A model generated the notes under the pieces. It was given only the letters and a program-made list of their open reading frames with translations, ran no database searches and had not been told where the DNA came from. The position numbers and the translations under genes were made by a program. A stretch of DNA of 64,000 nt. It comes from Podarcis bocagei (lineage: Eukaryota). The DNA is taken from NCBI GenBank assembly GCA_964188305.1, contig OZ076903.1. The stretch is one strand, 5' to 3'. Positions 48,423-61,236 of the stretch are shown piece by piece (the first letter of the stretch is position 1; every line of letters begins with the position of its first letter).

Positions 48423-49324
48423 ATGTCTTCACAGAGCTCCGAGATTATATAGCTCTTTGTGTATAGACTGATTTGCAGTGAGAGGACACTCAGCCATGAT
48501 TATGAACAGCCATAGTTGTCAGGTGGACAGAGAAAACTCAACTGACAGTTCTTGATGAACCCAGAATATATTTATTTTTTAAAGGTGCTATTTTCCCACT
48601 ATACGGGCTTTGACTTTGTGACCACTTAAATGGTCATTAAACAAGTAGCCAAACACTAGTACCCAGCTGGTGTGAGAGAAATTTAATTAGAACCTGGCAG
48701 CTGGGTCCAATACCAGGTTTGACTCGGTGGACTCGTTCAAAAGAAAATACTAAATGAAAAACAGACCCATCTGTCCTGCAGAAGCTCCAGAGATTCATGG
48801 AATTAAGGGAGCAATGTTTTTCCCCTGTAATTTATCATTCATTGTGTAAACTCAATATAGCACTGAAGGTCACAGTATCTGGGGTGCAACAGGCGCAGCA
48901 ATAAAATATGATTTCAGTAACATACCCCTTTCGCCTTTAGGTGATGAACGGTCCGATACAAGTGATTTTCGCTCAGCATTCTAATGCCACGATTTACAAA
49001 ACGTAAAGCGAGCTTCCCTGCAGAAACGTATTTTTCCCTTTTCCAGGTTTCTGATTTGAGAGGCAACTTGACTGGACTCGAGATGAAGAAACTCAAAATG
49101 TAACTTGAAAAAAGACACACTGCACATACTTTTGTAAACCAATAAATCTTTAATAAAAAATATGTTTAAAAAAGAAGATGTAGATTCTTCCAGCTCGTGT
49201 AGCAATTCTAATGAAATTCTAGCTGAAAAGAACAACAACAGTTTTAAGTACAGCACTTGGGCTGTTCCAGCAGCTACAGAAGCACATCACGACGATGCCT
49301 GTTATCTTCCTTCTTGACAAAGCC

Positions 49325-49472
49325 TTAGTTAAAAATCCCTGGATCAACATAGGGATAAGCAAGGAAATCCCCTAATTTTTTGCCCTCGGCATCATAGTGC
49401 AGCATTCGGAAGCAGACGTCACAGAAGAAAGAGGGGTCTTCTGGAGCGAGGCTGTCATCGTTAGTCACCCAT
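49325..49472 (-). CDS. SNAPC3: SNAPC3 last coding exon ([48 protein letters not shown])
   Basis: Matches the recalled SNAP50 C-terminal zinc finger; CAG acceptor; TAA stop. Confidence 0.96.
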
Positions 49473-49638
49473 CTGTAGGTTCCAAGACAAAAAAGGGGTT
49501 AACAGGCAATCTGTAACACAAGCACAAAACCCAGGTTATTGCCACTCCCTGAAATTAAATTATGCCCCCAAAATTAATAAAGAGCTCCTGAACAGCTAAC
49601 AGCTGAATTAAGGACAAGAAATGAAGGTAGTACCTTCT

Positions 49639-49969
49639 AGACGCGGGTGGCGCTGTGGGTTAAACCACAGAGCCTAGGACTTGCCAATCAGAAGGTCGGC
49701 GGTTCAAATCCCCACGGCGGGGTGAGCTCCCGTTGCTCAGTCCCTGCTCCTGCCAACCTAGCAGTTCGAAAGCACGTCAAAGTGCTTCCTCTTGCGGGAA
49801 GGTAAACGGCATTTCCATGCACTGCCCTGGCTCGACAGAAGTGGCTTAGTTATGCTGGCCACATGACCCAGAAGTTGTACACCGGCTCCCTCGGCCAATA
49901 AAGCGAGATGGGCGCCGCAACCCCAGAGTCAGTCACGACTGGACCTAATGGTCAGGGGTCCATTTACCT
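49639..49969 (+). mobile_element. Sauria SINE with internal deletion
   Basis: Similarity to the other copies. Confidence 0.9.
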
Positions 49970-50572
49970 GGTACAATTGCAAAAATAATAAAAACTGAAC
50001 CTGTTAAGCTTTTGCGCTAGTTATTCATGGCACTTGTAACTTAACTAGAAAACAGAGCTTTAGCTGATGCAGATTTCTCCTGCCTGCTCAAGGAAGGTGG
50101 TGATTATAATGAGAGCTCTTAAATATCTAACTCAATAAACAAAAGTTTTAATTCCTTGATTGCCTGCAAATTTTGAAGCAAGGGTCCCAAAGGACTGAAA
50201 TGCCAGCCTCACTGACTTTGCCCACATCTCGTACCCCTTCCCCCTAAGGTGCAGAATTTTTAGCCATTGAATGTGGTAAATACGTAGCACTTTTTGTAAC
50301 CTGCAGCTAGCTAGAGAGCGAGGCCGCAGCTCCACGTGTATAAAACGAAAAATTGGCGTATGTATCCTATATTAGAGGAGCTAGTGCAAATAGTTTATTT
50401 ACTAGCCATAGTAAATAACTGCAAAAAAGATAATGGTTTGTTTTATTTGTTCTGGCACTATCAGAAGTCTGTAGCAGTTGTCAGTGGTATTAAATGAAAT
50501 GAGCAAAACCTTTAAAGAGCGCCGTGATCGAAACTTTATGCCTGAAGGTGAAATGTACTTCTGACCACTTAC

Positions 50573-50680
50573 CTTGCTGTGTACATCTTGCACACAAAGC
50601 ATTTCTTGGTCCAAAGCCAGTGTTTCTTGGTTAACAAGGGATAGAGGCTTCTATCTAGGCAGTCATCCCGGTGAATAAGC
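50573..50680 (-). CDS. SNAPC3: SNAPC3 exon ([35 protein letters not shown])
   Basis: Homology; 108 bp; GTAAGT donor. Confidence 0.95.
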
Positions 50681-50799
50681 CTTGTACAGAGAAACACTGT
50701 GTTAAGGGCCGACTTAGAACACAAACACTTCATTGGTAACTATGTCTCCTCCCCATCGTCTACCTTAACATTTCTATGTTAAGAGAGTGGAGTGCTGAC

Positions 50800-51050
50800 T
50801 GATTCCAGCAACAAAAGCTGAGGCTGTTGAACAGATTTTTGGGCTGGAGTATTGTTCACGGGAGGTCGACCCAGAGGCTACAGCTCTCTCACTGGTTTCC
50901 AAACAATCTAAAATCCTTCCTTGGAGGTTTGTACGCAGAGGCTGTGTGGCCATCTGTCCAGGATGCTTTAGCTGAGATTCCTGCATTGCAGGGTGCTGGA
51001 TTAGATGACCCTCGGAGTCCCTTCCAACTCTCCAATTCTATGATTCGATG
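50800..51050 (+). mobile_element. CR1 3' end
   Basis: TAGATGACCCT..GTCCCTTCCAACTC..ATTCTATGATTC terminus. Confidence 0.7.
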
Positions 51051-51126
51051 AGGATATGCTGCAATATTTTGTTGCAGGTTCCATTACGTCTGTTCTGATG
51101 GCCCATGATGGATTAATAGTCCAATC

Positions 51127-51252
51127 CAGGCATAGGCAAACTCCGGCCCTCCACGTGTTTGGGACTACAATTCCCATCATCCCTGACCACTGGTCCTGTT
51201 GATGGGAATTGTAGTCCCAAAGATCTGGAGGGTCAGAGTTTGCCTATGCCTG
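51127..51252. mobile_element. Palindromic hAT-type MITE
   Basis: TSD GTCCAATC/GCCCAATC. Confidence 0.85.
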
Positions 51253-51738
51253 GCCCAATCTATGGATCGCCACTGGCACGCAACAGCAGCCTATACACCA
51301 GAATCTCTGCAACGCCAACAAACTGGAATACCTGTGTATGGGATAATTATTGCGGAAGATTATTGTGATTTCGAGGAGATAATGATCTGACACGGTCAAC
51401 TCCTCCTGTCCATCTCTTCCTGGTTCTGTTTATCTATGCGTATTACATCCCTATCCTATCCTTTGTGAATGTCTTTGATAGATGCCTTCGATGTGTGGTC
51501 TGGTGGCAAATGGCTAAAAACAGGCACTGACCAGTATGTGTGTTTGATGATGGGCAGGGTGGCTCATAGCTGAGCCAGCATCTATAAAATACCTAGTTTT
51601 GAATATTTTAGTTGGGAGTCCGCGCGCAGGCTGGTGGCCACAGAGCTGTGCAAAAAAGAAGGCTGTCTGGGGAGGTCACTTCACCACATCTTCAGGACTT
51701 CCCTGTGACAGACTGATGTGCTTGCTTAGTAATGTATA

Positions 51739-51980
51739 CAGCGGTATCTCGGGTTAAGTACTTAATTCATTCCGGAGTTCCGTTCTTAACCTGAAACTGT
51801 TCTTAACCTGAAGCACCATTTTAGCTAATGCGGCCTCCTGCTGCTGCCACGCCGCCGGAGAACAATTTCTCTTCTCATCCTGAAGCAAAGTTCTTAACCC
51901 GAGGTACTATTTCTGGGTTAGCGGAGTCTGTAACCTGAAGCATCTGTAACCTGAAGCGTATGTAATCCGAGGTACCACTG
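51739..51980. mobile_element. MITE family A
   Basis: TIR and TA. Confidence 0.88.
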
Positions 51981-52186
51981 TATACTGTATACTGTTTGCT
52001 GTTTGGAATAAAATCTGTAATCTTCTCACCGCTTGCGTTTGTGTTTCTTCTGAATCTAATTTTAAAAAGAACCACCTTGCATTTGGCAAGACATCATGGG
52101 ACGGAGAAAGCAAGCTAAGGTATTATTACGAAAGGAGTTCCTAGCTGAAAGTGTTTCAGAGGCCCTGGAAATGAACGGTGATTTAC

Positions 52187-52351
52187 CTGATATCTGTGAT
52201 GATGACAATGTGCTCACAGTCTCCTTGGTGACAGTAAAGGTACGGGAAACCTATTTTGATGTTCAAGTCATTAAATGTGAAGTCTTCCATTTTAGCGGCC
52301 TGAAGATTCTCATAGCCTCTTTCACGAGATTCTGCCCACTCAATGATGGTC
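52187..52351 (-). CDS. SNAPC3: SNAPC3 exon ([54 protein letters not shown])
   Basis: Homology including [11 protein letters not shown]; 165 bp. Confidence 0.96.
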
Positions 52352-53075
52352 CTGGAAATCACGGTAAGCCAGTATTACTTCTGTTACATCAATGATACGA
52401 TGCTGTCGGTGACAGAAACCATTTCTCTCAAGATACAAGGCAGGGCAAGCTCCCAGAATCCTTTTGCATTCTAAATAAGCCCAAGACCATGAAAACTATG
52501 CACCGGTTAGGCAGAGGGGTATGTGCACACATTTATTAATAATGGCAGTTTTGTTGTCTTAGGGGCAGGCTCTGTATGACAAACCGAAGGCCCTTTGGGT
52601 CCCATCTCACTCCAAGAGTCTATTAAATTTTCTCCACTGCAATATATTCTTGTGCTTTCAGAAACTGCTTGGGATGAATTCAGAGAGGCACTTGCTGATG
52701 TGCCTGGGTCATTTTATAAATAATATCAGAGCAGGCACTGGGGAAGGGGACAAGATTTTCAGGGGAGATTGGCGGACAGAAGAAGGCTGCTGTTTAATCC
52801 TTCTGTCTGCTGACTGCTCCCTATAGATGTCCTCTTCTGGGGTTAGGAAAGGCAAGCTCAAAGTAGGATGGGGCAGACAGGATCCTACCAGGCAAGCGCC
52901 CCCATTGCTCCCTTTCCCAGGTCTGTTGCATCGTTGGTCAGGATGACATCTAGTTCTGGCTTAGCTTGGAAGCGTTCCAACTCCTGGCATCTCCTCAAGT
53001 CAACAAGTCAGTCCTACAAAGGCATTCTGGGCCCTTGAGAATGGGATCTAACATATGAAAATGTAAAGGCTCTAC

Positions 53076-53158
53076 CTGCTTAAGTCCCTGCACTCGGGGT
53101 ACCTTCTGTCGTCGTAAAAAACACCTTCAAAATAAAAGAAGGCAGACTTGTAAAGGTC
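53076..53158 (-). CDS. SNAPC3: SNAPC3 exon ([27 protein letters not shown])
   Basis: Homology; 83 bp. Confidence 0.95.
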
Positions 53159-53520
53159 CTGGGGGAAAGGGAGAAATACAAAGAGAGAAGAGGGGAAAGT
53201 ATTAGCTCGGCAACCAGCTTACCTCAAATACCACATCCTTCCTAATGTCTCATCTATATTCTCAAATACCAGTTAAGCGCATCATCTTAGCTGGGGGTGA
53301 GAAACCTGTGTTTCTCCTCAGGTTGTTGGACTCCAAGTCCTATCAGCCTCATCCAGCATCGCCCGTGGTCAGCAGGGATAGGAGCTGGGAGTCCAACCAT
53401 AATTGGAGAACCGCAGGCTCCTCATCACAGCAACACCTTCTGCAGCTCAAGTTGCAACCGCACAACTTTTCAAATATTTTTCTGTGTTGTTTTATTAGGC
53501 CCTTTCTAACTGTTCATTAA

Positions 53521-53873
53521 AGGGACGCGGGTGGCGCTGTGGGTTAAACCACAGAGCCTAGGGCTTGCCGATCAGAAGGTCAGCGGTTCGAATCTCCGCG
53601 ACGGGGTGAGCTCCCGTTGCTCGGTCCCTGCTCCTGCCAACCTAGCAGTTCGAAAGCACGTCAAAGTGCAAGTAAATAAATATGTACCGCTCCGGCGGGA
53701 AGGTAAATGGCGTTTCCGTGCGCTGCTCTGGTTCGCCAGAAGCGGCTTAGTCATGCTGGCCACATGACCCGGAAGCTGTATGCCGGCTCCCTTGACCAAT
53801 AAAGCGAGATGAGCACCGCAACCCCAGAGTCGGTCACAAGAGTACCTAATGGTCAAGGGTCCCTTTACCTTTA
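53521..53873 (+). mobile_element. Full-length Sauria SINE flanked by a ~105-bp direct duplication
   Basis: Head GGGACGCGGGTGGCGCTG and tail CCCTTTACCTTTA. Confidence 0.93.
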
Positions 53874-54403
53874 AGCTTCTCATCACAGCAATACCTTCTA
53901 CAGCTCAAGTTGCAACCGCACAACTTTTTAAATATCTTTTCTGTGTTATTTTATTAGGCCCTTTCTAACCGTTCATTAAGATTATGCTGGCCCTGTTGGT
54001 GACTGCCCCACAATTATCTGCCTCCCCTTCTTCAGGAAAGCCACCAGAGGGCAAGGCTGAGAATCCCTGGCAACAAAGGATCCTGGAACACTGTGTTCAA
54101 AATTAGCCAGGCCCCAGGCACATTTTGACCACTTGCGACCACGTGAAGATGCCCAGGTGCCAGGATGGAGCCTGACATCTCCAGCATCTGGAGCTGCATG
54201 CCTGGGCAATCCTTGGATCCTGACCAAAATGCTTTTTTTCCCTGTGCAGCCTGAGAAGGAACGGTGAGCAACGTTATATTTCATTGTTGTCGCTTGTCTT
54301 CACTTGCCTCGTCCAGCTGCAATGCTCACATTTGTGAAGAATATTCTTACGTTATGAATGATATGTGTCACCATTAAGAAAAAGAGGCCGGAGTTGGCCA
54401 ATA

Positions 54404-54772
54404 CAGTGGTGCCTCACAAGACAAAATTAATCCGTTCTGCGAGTCTCTTCGTCTAGCGGTTTTTTCGTCTTGCGAAGCAACCCTATTAGCGGCTTAGCGG
54501 CTTAGCGCTATTAGCGGTTTAGTGGCTATTAAAGGCTTAGTGGCTATTAAAGGCTTAGCGGATTAGCAGCTAAAAGGCTATTAGCGGCTTAGAGGCTTAG
54601 ACAAAGGGGGGGGGGGGAAGCCAAAAAAAAATCGGAACACTCGCAAGACGTTTTCGTCTTGCAAAGCAAGCCCATAGGGAAAATCGTCTTGCGAAGCAGC
54701 TCAAAAACGGAAAACTCTTTTGTCTAGCGGGTTTTCCGTCTTGCGAGGCATTCGTCTTGCGGGGCACCACTG
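54404..54772. mobile_element. TA-MITE family B with internal TTAGCGGC repeats
   Basis: TIR and TA. Confidence 0.87.
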
Positions 54773-54774
54773 TA

Positions 54775-55043
54775 CTGTATTGGCCTGAATATGAGCCTCA
54801 TTTCCCCCCCTCAAATTCCGACCGTGAAAAGTTAAACTGGCTAAGTTAAACTGCGGCTGAAATCCCCAACCTTACAAAAAATTGCTTTTACGATATCGCT
54901 GCTGAAACAGTCATACGGTAAAACATAACAGGTGTGCCTGCGAAATTTTAAGGGAGCGGCTTATATTCAGGTATTGTCTTCCCCCCTTGAATTTTAAAGG
55001 TGCCGCTTATATTCGGGTGCGGATTATATTCGGGCCAATACGG
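54775..55043. mobile_element. TA-MITE family C (TIR CCGTATTGGCCCGAATAT)
   Basis: Inverted termini and TA flanks; shares a TA with the preceding MITE. Confidence 0.75.
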
Positions 55044-55471
55044 TATATATGCAGACTGTCCCCGGATCAAGAGACTTTTCTTCTTTAAGTTCTCAAAGTT
55101 CCTAACCTAGCTCAAGGTAGTCCTTTGAACCTAGCCAGGTGTTTAACTGAGACTTAATCACAGTCAGTCTATCGTTTGAAAAATAAAGCTTTACAGCTGT
55201 CTTGCCCCAAAATGGCAACTAGACCATCTGTTTGGCAACTGCAACCTTGGTTTAAGGAGCCACTTGGCAGCTGCAGTTCTGTAAGCCCTGTACAAATATT
55301 TCACAATGTGGGTTACTAATAAGTAACTGTTATGTAAAGAGAACTGTACAAACAAGTGTTTCAGAGAGGCATTGTCCTTGCTACATCTGCAGCACTGAAC
55401 TATCTTAGCTAACCCTTTTTTATACAACAGTAAAGGAGTTCAATAAACTCTAAACATCATTTTCTGTTGTA

Positions 55472-55712
55472 CAGTGGTACCTCAGGTTAAGTACATAATT
55501 CGTTCCGGAGGTCCGTACTTAACCTGAAGCTGTTCTTAACCTGAAGCACCACTTTAGCTAATGGGGCCTCCTGCTCTTCCGCGCCGCCGGAGCACGATTT
55601 CTGTTCTTATCCTGAATCAAAGTTCTTAACCTGAAGGACTATTTCTGGGTTAGCGGATTCTGTAACCTGAAGCGTATGTAACCTGAAGCGTATGTAACCC
55701 GAGGTACCACTG
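55472..55712. mobile_element. MITE family A
   Basis: TIR and TA. Confidence 0.88.
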
Positions 55713-55734
55713 TATTACTATTAATTTTTAATCT

Positions 55735-56995
55735 AATGACACCTTAGGTATTGAAGCTAATAAAAGTTCCAGTTCTTTATTCCAGTCCTCTTATAGTCTG
55801 CATATTGAACTTGAGTATTGCTAATAGATATCTATAAAAAGGAATTGCTGGATTTTTGTTTTTGAATGAGTTGCCCAATTACTCCAATATCTCAGGTATC
55901 TCAGAAGCTGAAAGGGCTGACAGCCCAAACACACTTGTTAGGAGATGTTGTAATTGAAGATATCGCCACTGGGCTGCATTTGATAGATGATATTTTTTGA
56001 CTTAAAATAGCAGAAGTATAACATTCATCTTCCCCATCTACCAGTTGGTCCAGTGTCAATACACCTGCTTCCATCCAATTTTTCCATATCACCCTCTTTT
56101 TTGCAATTCTTAGTACGGGGTTTCCCCACAGAGTAAATTTAGCATGTGAAAATGGATCAAATTAGTTTTTAGTAGCCAATATATTCCATATTCTTCTAAG
56201 TGATTAAATTGTTTCCAGAGTCACCTGAAATTTCAAATATTTCGATCCTAGTATTGTCCCACCAACCAAAGGTGCCATGTATATATTCTAGGGTTGCTCA
56301 CATCGGGAAATTAGGGCCAACTGTAGGATTCCAATATTTAGTACTTGACAGTAAGGTAAAGGTAAAGGGACCCCTGACCATTAGGTCCAGTCGTGACCGA
56401 CTCTGGGGTTGCGGCGCTCATCTCACTTTATTGGCCGAGGGAGCCGGCGTACAGCTTCCAGGCCATGTGGCCAGTATGACTAAGCCGCTTCTGGCGAACC
56501 AGAGCAGAACATGAAAACGCCATTTACCTTCCCGCCAGAGCGGTACCTATTTATCTACTTGCACTTTTTGGTGTGCTTTTGAACTGCTAGGTTGGCAAGA
56601 GCAGGGACCGAGCAACAGGAGCTCACCCCGTCGCAGGGATTCGAACCGCCAACCTTCTGATCGGCAAGTCCTAGGCTCTGTGGTTTAACCCACAGCGCCA
56701 CCCGTGTTACCTACTTGACAGTAGGTAAGCATAATGATATAATTCCAAATTGGGGATTCCGAAACCAACTTCTTTAATTTGTAGCTGCTTTCTCTGCAAG
56801 GATATTCTTGGTGTTGCTGAGCCCCAAAGGCATTTCCTAAACCGTTCATGTGCTGTTCTTAGAATCATATCTTTGGTTTCAGTGCAGAGATTTCCGCCAA
56901 TTAAGGCCAAGAAGTACTGTGGCCGTGAAGAGGCCTGCCATTTCCCACCCCTGCCTTCCTGTTAAGCAAATTTTAACCTTTCTATCTGTTTACTA
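55735..56995 (-). mobile_element. Degenerate L1-clade ORF2 fragment with nested SINE
   Basis: FLW..PRI....LQ.KEVGFGIPNLELYHYAY-like and WKNWMEAGV motifs. Confidence 0.7.
56354..56711 (-). mobile_element. Full-length Sauria SINE inserted in an L1 fragment
   Basis: TSD TACTTGACAGTA. Confidence 0.93.
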
Positions 56996-57630
56996 ACTAC
57001 TCATGAAGATTCTCTTGGTCTTTAGTCATGGTCGCAACACATAACACGCATGCTTTTTACATACGTCAGCACTGAAATACATACAGCACTTAGTGGTTCC
57101 ACGGAGTTTCTTTGTGGTTCCAGCTATTCATAAAAAAGTAGGCCTTTGTATAATTAAAACTAGCTTCATTGTCAAATTATTTTGGAATCAACACAGAAAC
57201 CACACTGTTTCCAAAGCAATCAGTTTTCCATTCGCCATAACTATCAGCCTCCAAAGCCTGCGAAATCTTGCGGTGGCTAGAGAAACACTCAAACTAACCA
57301 TTGAACATTCACGGTTGATACTGAAAATCAACACTCTAGAGCAAAGTTGTTCCCATTTTTCTCCCTCACATACAAAGGAGCTAGGATGAAGAAATCTGAC
57401 GAGAGGAAGCCACAAATCATTGAAAACATTGTGCCCTTTCCACCGTGGCTGGCAGCAAATGAACACTCAGAAGGAAAGCTTCAGTTCATCAGTCCTGACG
57501 CAAAGGATTGCCCACATATATGCTTGTTAAGATGGGGCTAAAATATTAGCAACTGCTAAAGGATTTCAGCTGATGTTTAGCCTTGCCAAATGTCATAGAA
57601 CTGTAGAAGTAGTACATAGTAGAAGTAGTA

Positions 57631-57872
57631 CAGTGGTACCTCGGGTTAAGTACTTAATTCGTTCCGGAGGTCCGTTCTTAACCTGAAACTGTTCTTAAGC
57701 TGAAGCACCACTTTAGCTAATGGGGCCTCCCACTGCTGCTGCGCTGCCGCCGTGCGATTTCTGTTCTCATCCTGAAGCAAAGTTCTTAACCTGAAGCACT
57801 ATTTCTGGGTTAGCGGAGTCTGTAACCTGAAGCGTATGTAAGCTGAAGCATATGTAACCTGAGGTACCGCTG
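57631..57872. mobile_element. MITE family A, ending 27 nt from a SNAPC3 donor site
   Basis: TIR and TA. Confidence 0.88.
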
Positions 57873-57899
57873 TACATAAGAAAATGGAAATTTTCCTAC

Positions 57900-58049
57900 C
57901 TTACTGATATTTTCTGGGGCCTGATCAGGATGACTGCTGAACTCCCCGCCAATCTGAAAGTCACTGACGCAGGAAATGGAGTCTCTCAGCTCTGTAAGTT
58001 TCTGGCTGCCTAGAACCAACATGGTCTGATAGGGCTTGCGCAGCTTATG
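57900..58049 (-). CDS. SNAPC3: SNAPC3 exon ([50 protein letters not shown])
   Basis: Homology; 150 bp. Confidence 0.95.
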
Positions 58050-58220
58050 CTGTATAGGACATAAAGAACGAAGATCAGCTAAAAATTGAGCATTTGTGGA
58101 GCTGTTGTTGCTACTGAATACCTAAGCGTGCAGCGGGCGTTAATGTTCCAGCCTAAGTAAAAATAAATAAATGGTGATCTCTAAAACTCGTGCAGCAAGG
58201 CACTTAGCCAAACCTTAGGC

Positions 58221-58356
58221 CAGGCATCCCCAATCTTTGGCCCTGCAGATGTTTTGGACTACAATTCCCATCATCCCTGACCACTGGTCCTGTTAGCTAG
58301 GGATCATGGGAGTTGTAGGCCAAAACATCTGGAGGGCCACAGATTGGGGATGCCTG
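58221..58356. mobile_element. Palindromic hAT-type MITE
   Basis: TSD CCTTAGGC. Confidence 0.88.
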
Positions 58357-58586
58357 CCTTAGGCTTTAGACTGGGCTTTTACTGGCTAAGTACGTCCAGC
58401 TTATCTCTTCAAAACTAACTTATTTGACATATACTTTTACTTTAAGGAAACCAGGTAAACTTTTCCTTCTAACCAAAGCAACTCCACTTTCTTACAAGAT
58501 GTGCTCCAAGAGGAGTTTGACTTCACTAGTGAATGATGTCAAGCCACCCAACAAAGACATGAAAATAAGTAAAAGAAGCCACCAAC

Positions 58587-58691
58587 CTTCTGTAATATAA
58601 CAGGGTAGAAAATATTCAGGGTTAAAAGAAGCTGTCCCTCCTTGACTAAGTTTTCTGGATCCTTTGGCCTCTTTCCAATTGCTTGGGACTC
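58587..58691 (-). CDS. SNAPC3: SNAPC3 exon (ESQAIGKRPKDPENLVKEGQLLLTLNIFYPVILQK)
   Basis: Homology; 105 bp. Confidence 0.92.
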
Positions 58692-59269
58692 CTGGCAAGG
58701 CAAGTTGTTAGAATATAATTCTAAAGCTTGCTGGATGCTTGCAAAGCAACTGAAGTTCAATATACACACATACAAGTTTATAATCACTGGGCACAATGCT
58801 AGTCATGTTTGGCATAGGCTCATTGAAGTCAACAGGCATAACTATCTTTGCTTCACTGCTTTGAGTAGGTCTGTTCTGAATATAACCTAGTTGGGATACA
58901 ACCCCGTTTACCTCGCTAGCTTTAGAACTGGCCCATCTTGTTTTGGCAGAGTCCCTCTGAATTTTACTTACAACTATCTACAAAGAGAGGTGGAGTCAAA
59001 GCATCGGGATTAGGAGACGTTCAGACTAGAAAGGGATTACCAGAAGGATGTTCCTAAGCCATGGCCAATGAATGAACACCCCTGTTGGAGCAAACTGAGG
59101 GATTATCTGGTCCAGTACCCCATGCCCCATCGTGGCCAACCAGATGTCTATGGGAAGCCCACAAGCAAGACACAAAGGCAATAGTTATTCCACAGCAACG
59201 GCCTCCGACCCTGGAAGTATAAACAGCCATCATGGCTGGTAGTGAATTACAGCCTTATCCTCCTAGATT

Positions 59270-59712
59270 CAGGTAGGTAGCTGTGTTGGTCTGACACAGT
59301 CAAAATAAATAAAAATATTAAAAAATTGTCCAGTAGCACCTTAGAGACCAACTAAGTTTGTTCTGGGTATAAGCTTTTGTGTGGTATCTGAAGAAGTGTG
59401 CATGCACACAAAAGCTTATACAGTGGTACCTCGGGTTACATACGCTTCAGGTTAGACTCCGCTAACCCAGAAATAGTACCTTGGGTTAAGAACTTTGCTT
59501 CAGGATGAGAACAGAAATCGTGCTCTGGCAGCCTGGCAGCAGCAGGAGACCCCATTAGCTAAAGTGGTGCCTCAGGTTAAAAACAGTTTCAGGTTAAGAA
59601 CAGACCTCCGGAACGAATTAAGTACTTAACCAGAGGTACCACTGCACCCAAAACAAACTTAGTTGGTCTCTAAGGTGCTACTGGACTATTTTTTTATTTT
59701 TTTATTTATTTC
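59270..59712. mobile_element. Penelope-like inverted terminal-repeat remnant with a minimal hammerhead ribozyme motif (interrupted by a MITE)
   Basis: Inverted arms CCAGTAGCACCTTAGAGACCAACTAAGTTTGTT; GGTAT-CTGAAGA-AGTGTGCATGCACAC-(A)AAAGCTT-ATA. Confidence 0.7.
59421..59644. mobile_element. MITE family A nested in a Penelope-type repeat
   Basis: TIRs; the host repeat resumes after it. Confidence 0.88.
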
Positions 59713-59910
59713 GAGCATTATCCTCCGTGAATTTATGAAAGCGCCTTTGAAATCTGTCTCAGTTGGTGACCACTGCCACACTCTGTGGCAGCCAAGACAA
59801 GGTTCAGATGTGCTATGTGAAGAAACTGTTCCTTAAATCATGCAAAGGATTGCATCATTAGTGGCGTTAGCCAAAAGTGCACTCAATAATGGAGAGAGGG
59901 AGAACACATA

Positions 59911-60275
59911 AAGGTAAAAAAAAGGTAAAGGACCCCTGGACGTTTAAGTCCAGTCAAAGGCGACTCTCGGGTTGCAGCGCTCATCTCGCTTTCAGGCCGA
60001 GGGAGCCAGCGTTTGTCCACAGACAGCTTTCCAGGTCATGTGGCCAGCAGGACTAAACTGCTTCTGACGCAACCGGACACCGTGACGGAAACCAGAGCAC
60101 ACAGAAACGCCGTTTACCTGCCCACCACAGTGATACCTACTTGCACTGGCATGCTTTCGAACTGCTAGGTTGACAGGAGCTGGGATAGAGCAACGGGAGC
60201 TCACCCCGTCACAGGGATTCAAACCGCCAACCTTCCCATCAGCAAGCCCAAGAGGCTCAGTGGTTTAGGCCACAT
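59911..60275 (-). mobile_element. Sauria SINE (variant subfamily)
   Basis: Similarity to the copy at 7281-8220. Confidence 0.88.
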
Positions 60276-60439
60276 AGTGAATTTATCAGCAAGGAAATGA
60301 ACACATGAGCAATGTGCAAACAATGTCAGAATAGCAGACATACTACTGAGGCGCCGACGCTGCGCTTGATAAGATGATTTAAATGCAAGGCGAAGGGGCT
60401 CAGTCGTTTAGACCACAGTGTCCCTAGAGAGAACAAGTA

Positions 60440-60681
60440 CAGTGGTACCTCGGGTTAAGTACTTAATTCGTTCCAGAGGTCCGTTCTTAACCTGAAACTG
60501 TTCTTAACCTGAAGCACCACTTTAGCTAATAGGGCCTCCTGCTGCTGCCGCGCTGCCGGAGCATGATTTCTGTTCTCATCCTGAAGCAAAGTTCTTAACC
60601 TGAAGCACTATTTCTGGGTTAGCGGAGTCTGTAACCTGAAGCGTATGTAACCTGAAGCATATGTAACCTGAGGTACCACTG
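60440..60681. mobile_element. MITE family A
   Basis: TIR and TA. Confidence 0.88.
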
Positions 60682-61236
60682 TACTCTAGGATGAGAGGGT
60701 GAGAAAAACCTCCCTCTTTCCATTGTGACTTGTTGAGTGCCCTGATTGCCAACAACACTAATGGCAGTACAACCGTATGCAGGTCTAATCAAAAGCAAGC
60801 CCCACTGGCTTAAATGGGTCTTTCTCCAAGGCAAGTGTGTTGAAGACTGCAGCCATCGTGTCTACTAAGCTCCATCGGGGCGCAGGGCAGGCATGCAATA
60901 TCTCTACTAAGCTTGACTAACCTGAACACTAACAGGCACACATGCCAGTGAAATAATTCTGACGCAAAGAGTTGTGGATCGCAGTACACAATAAAAGGCA
61001 TAAATATAAATGCCTTTTTGGTGAGTTTTGCAGGTTTTAAACATTGTAAGCATTTTTCCATTTTAAAGGCATTATTTGCAAAAACAGCATTCGGCGGGAT
61101 TTTTCCACTAAGGCTGTTGAACCTGTTAAGTTGATAGTCTAGACCACACGAAGTCCAAAGCACTCCAGTTTATTGCATTTGCCAGTTTGCCACATTATAT
61201 TAACTGTTTTATTTTAGTATTAGTATATGGAATTAG

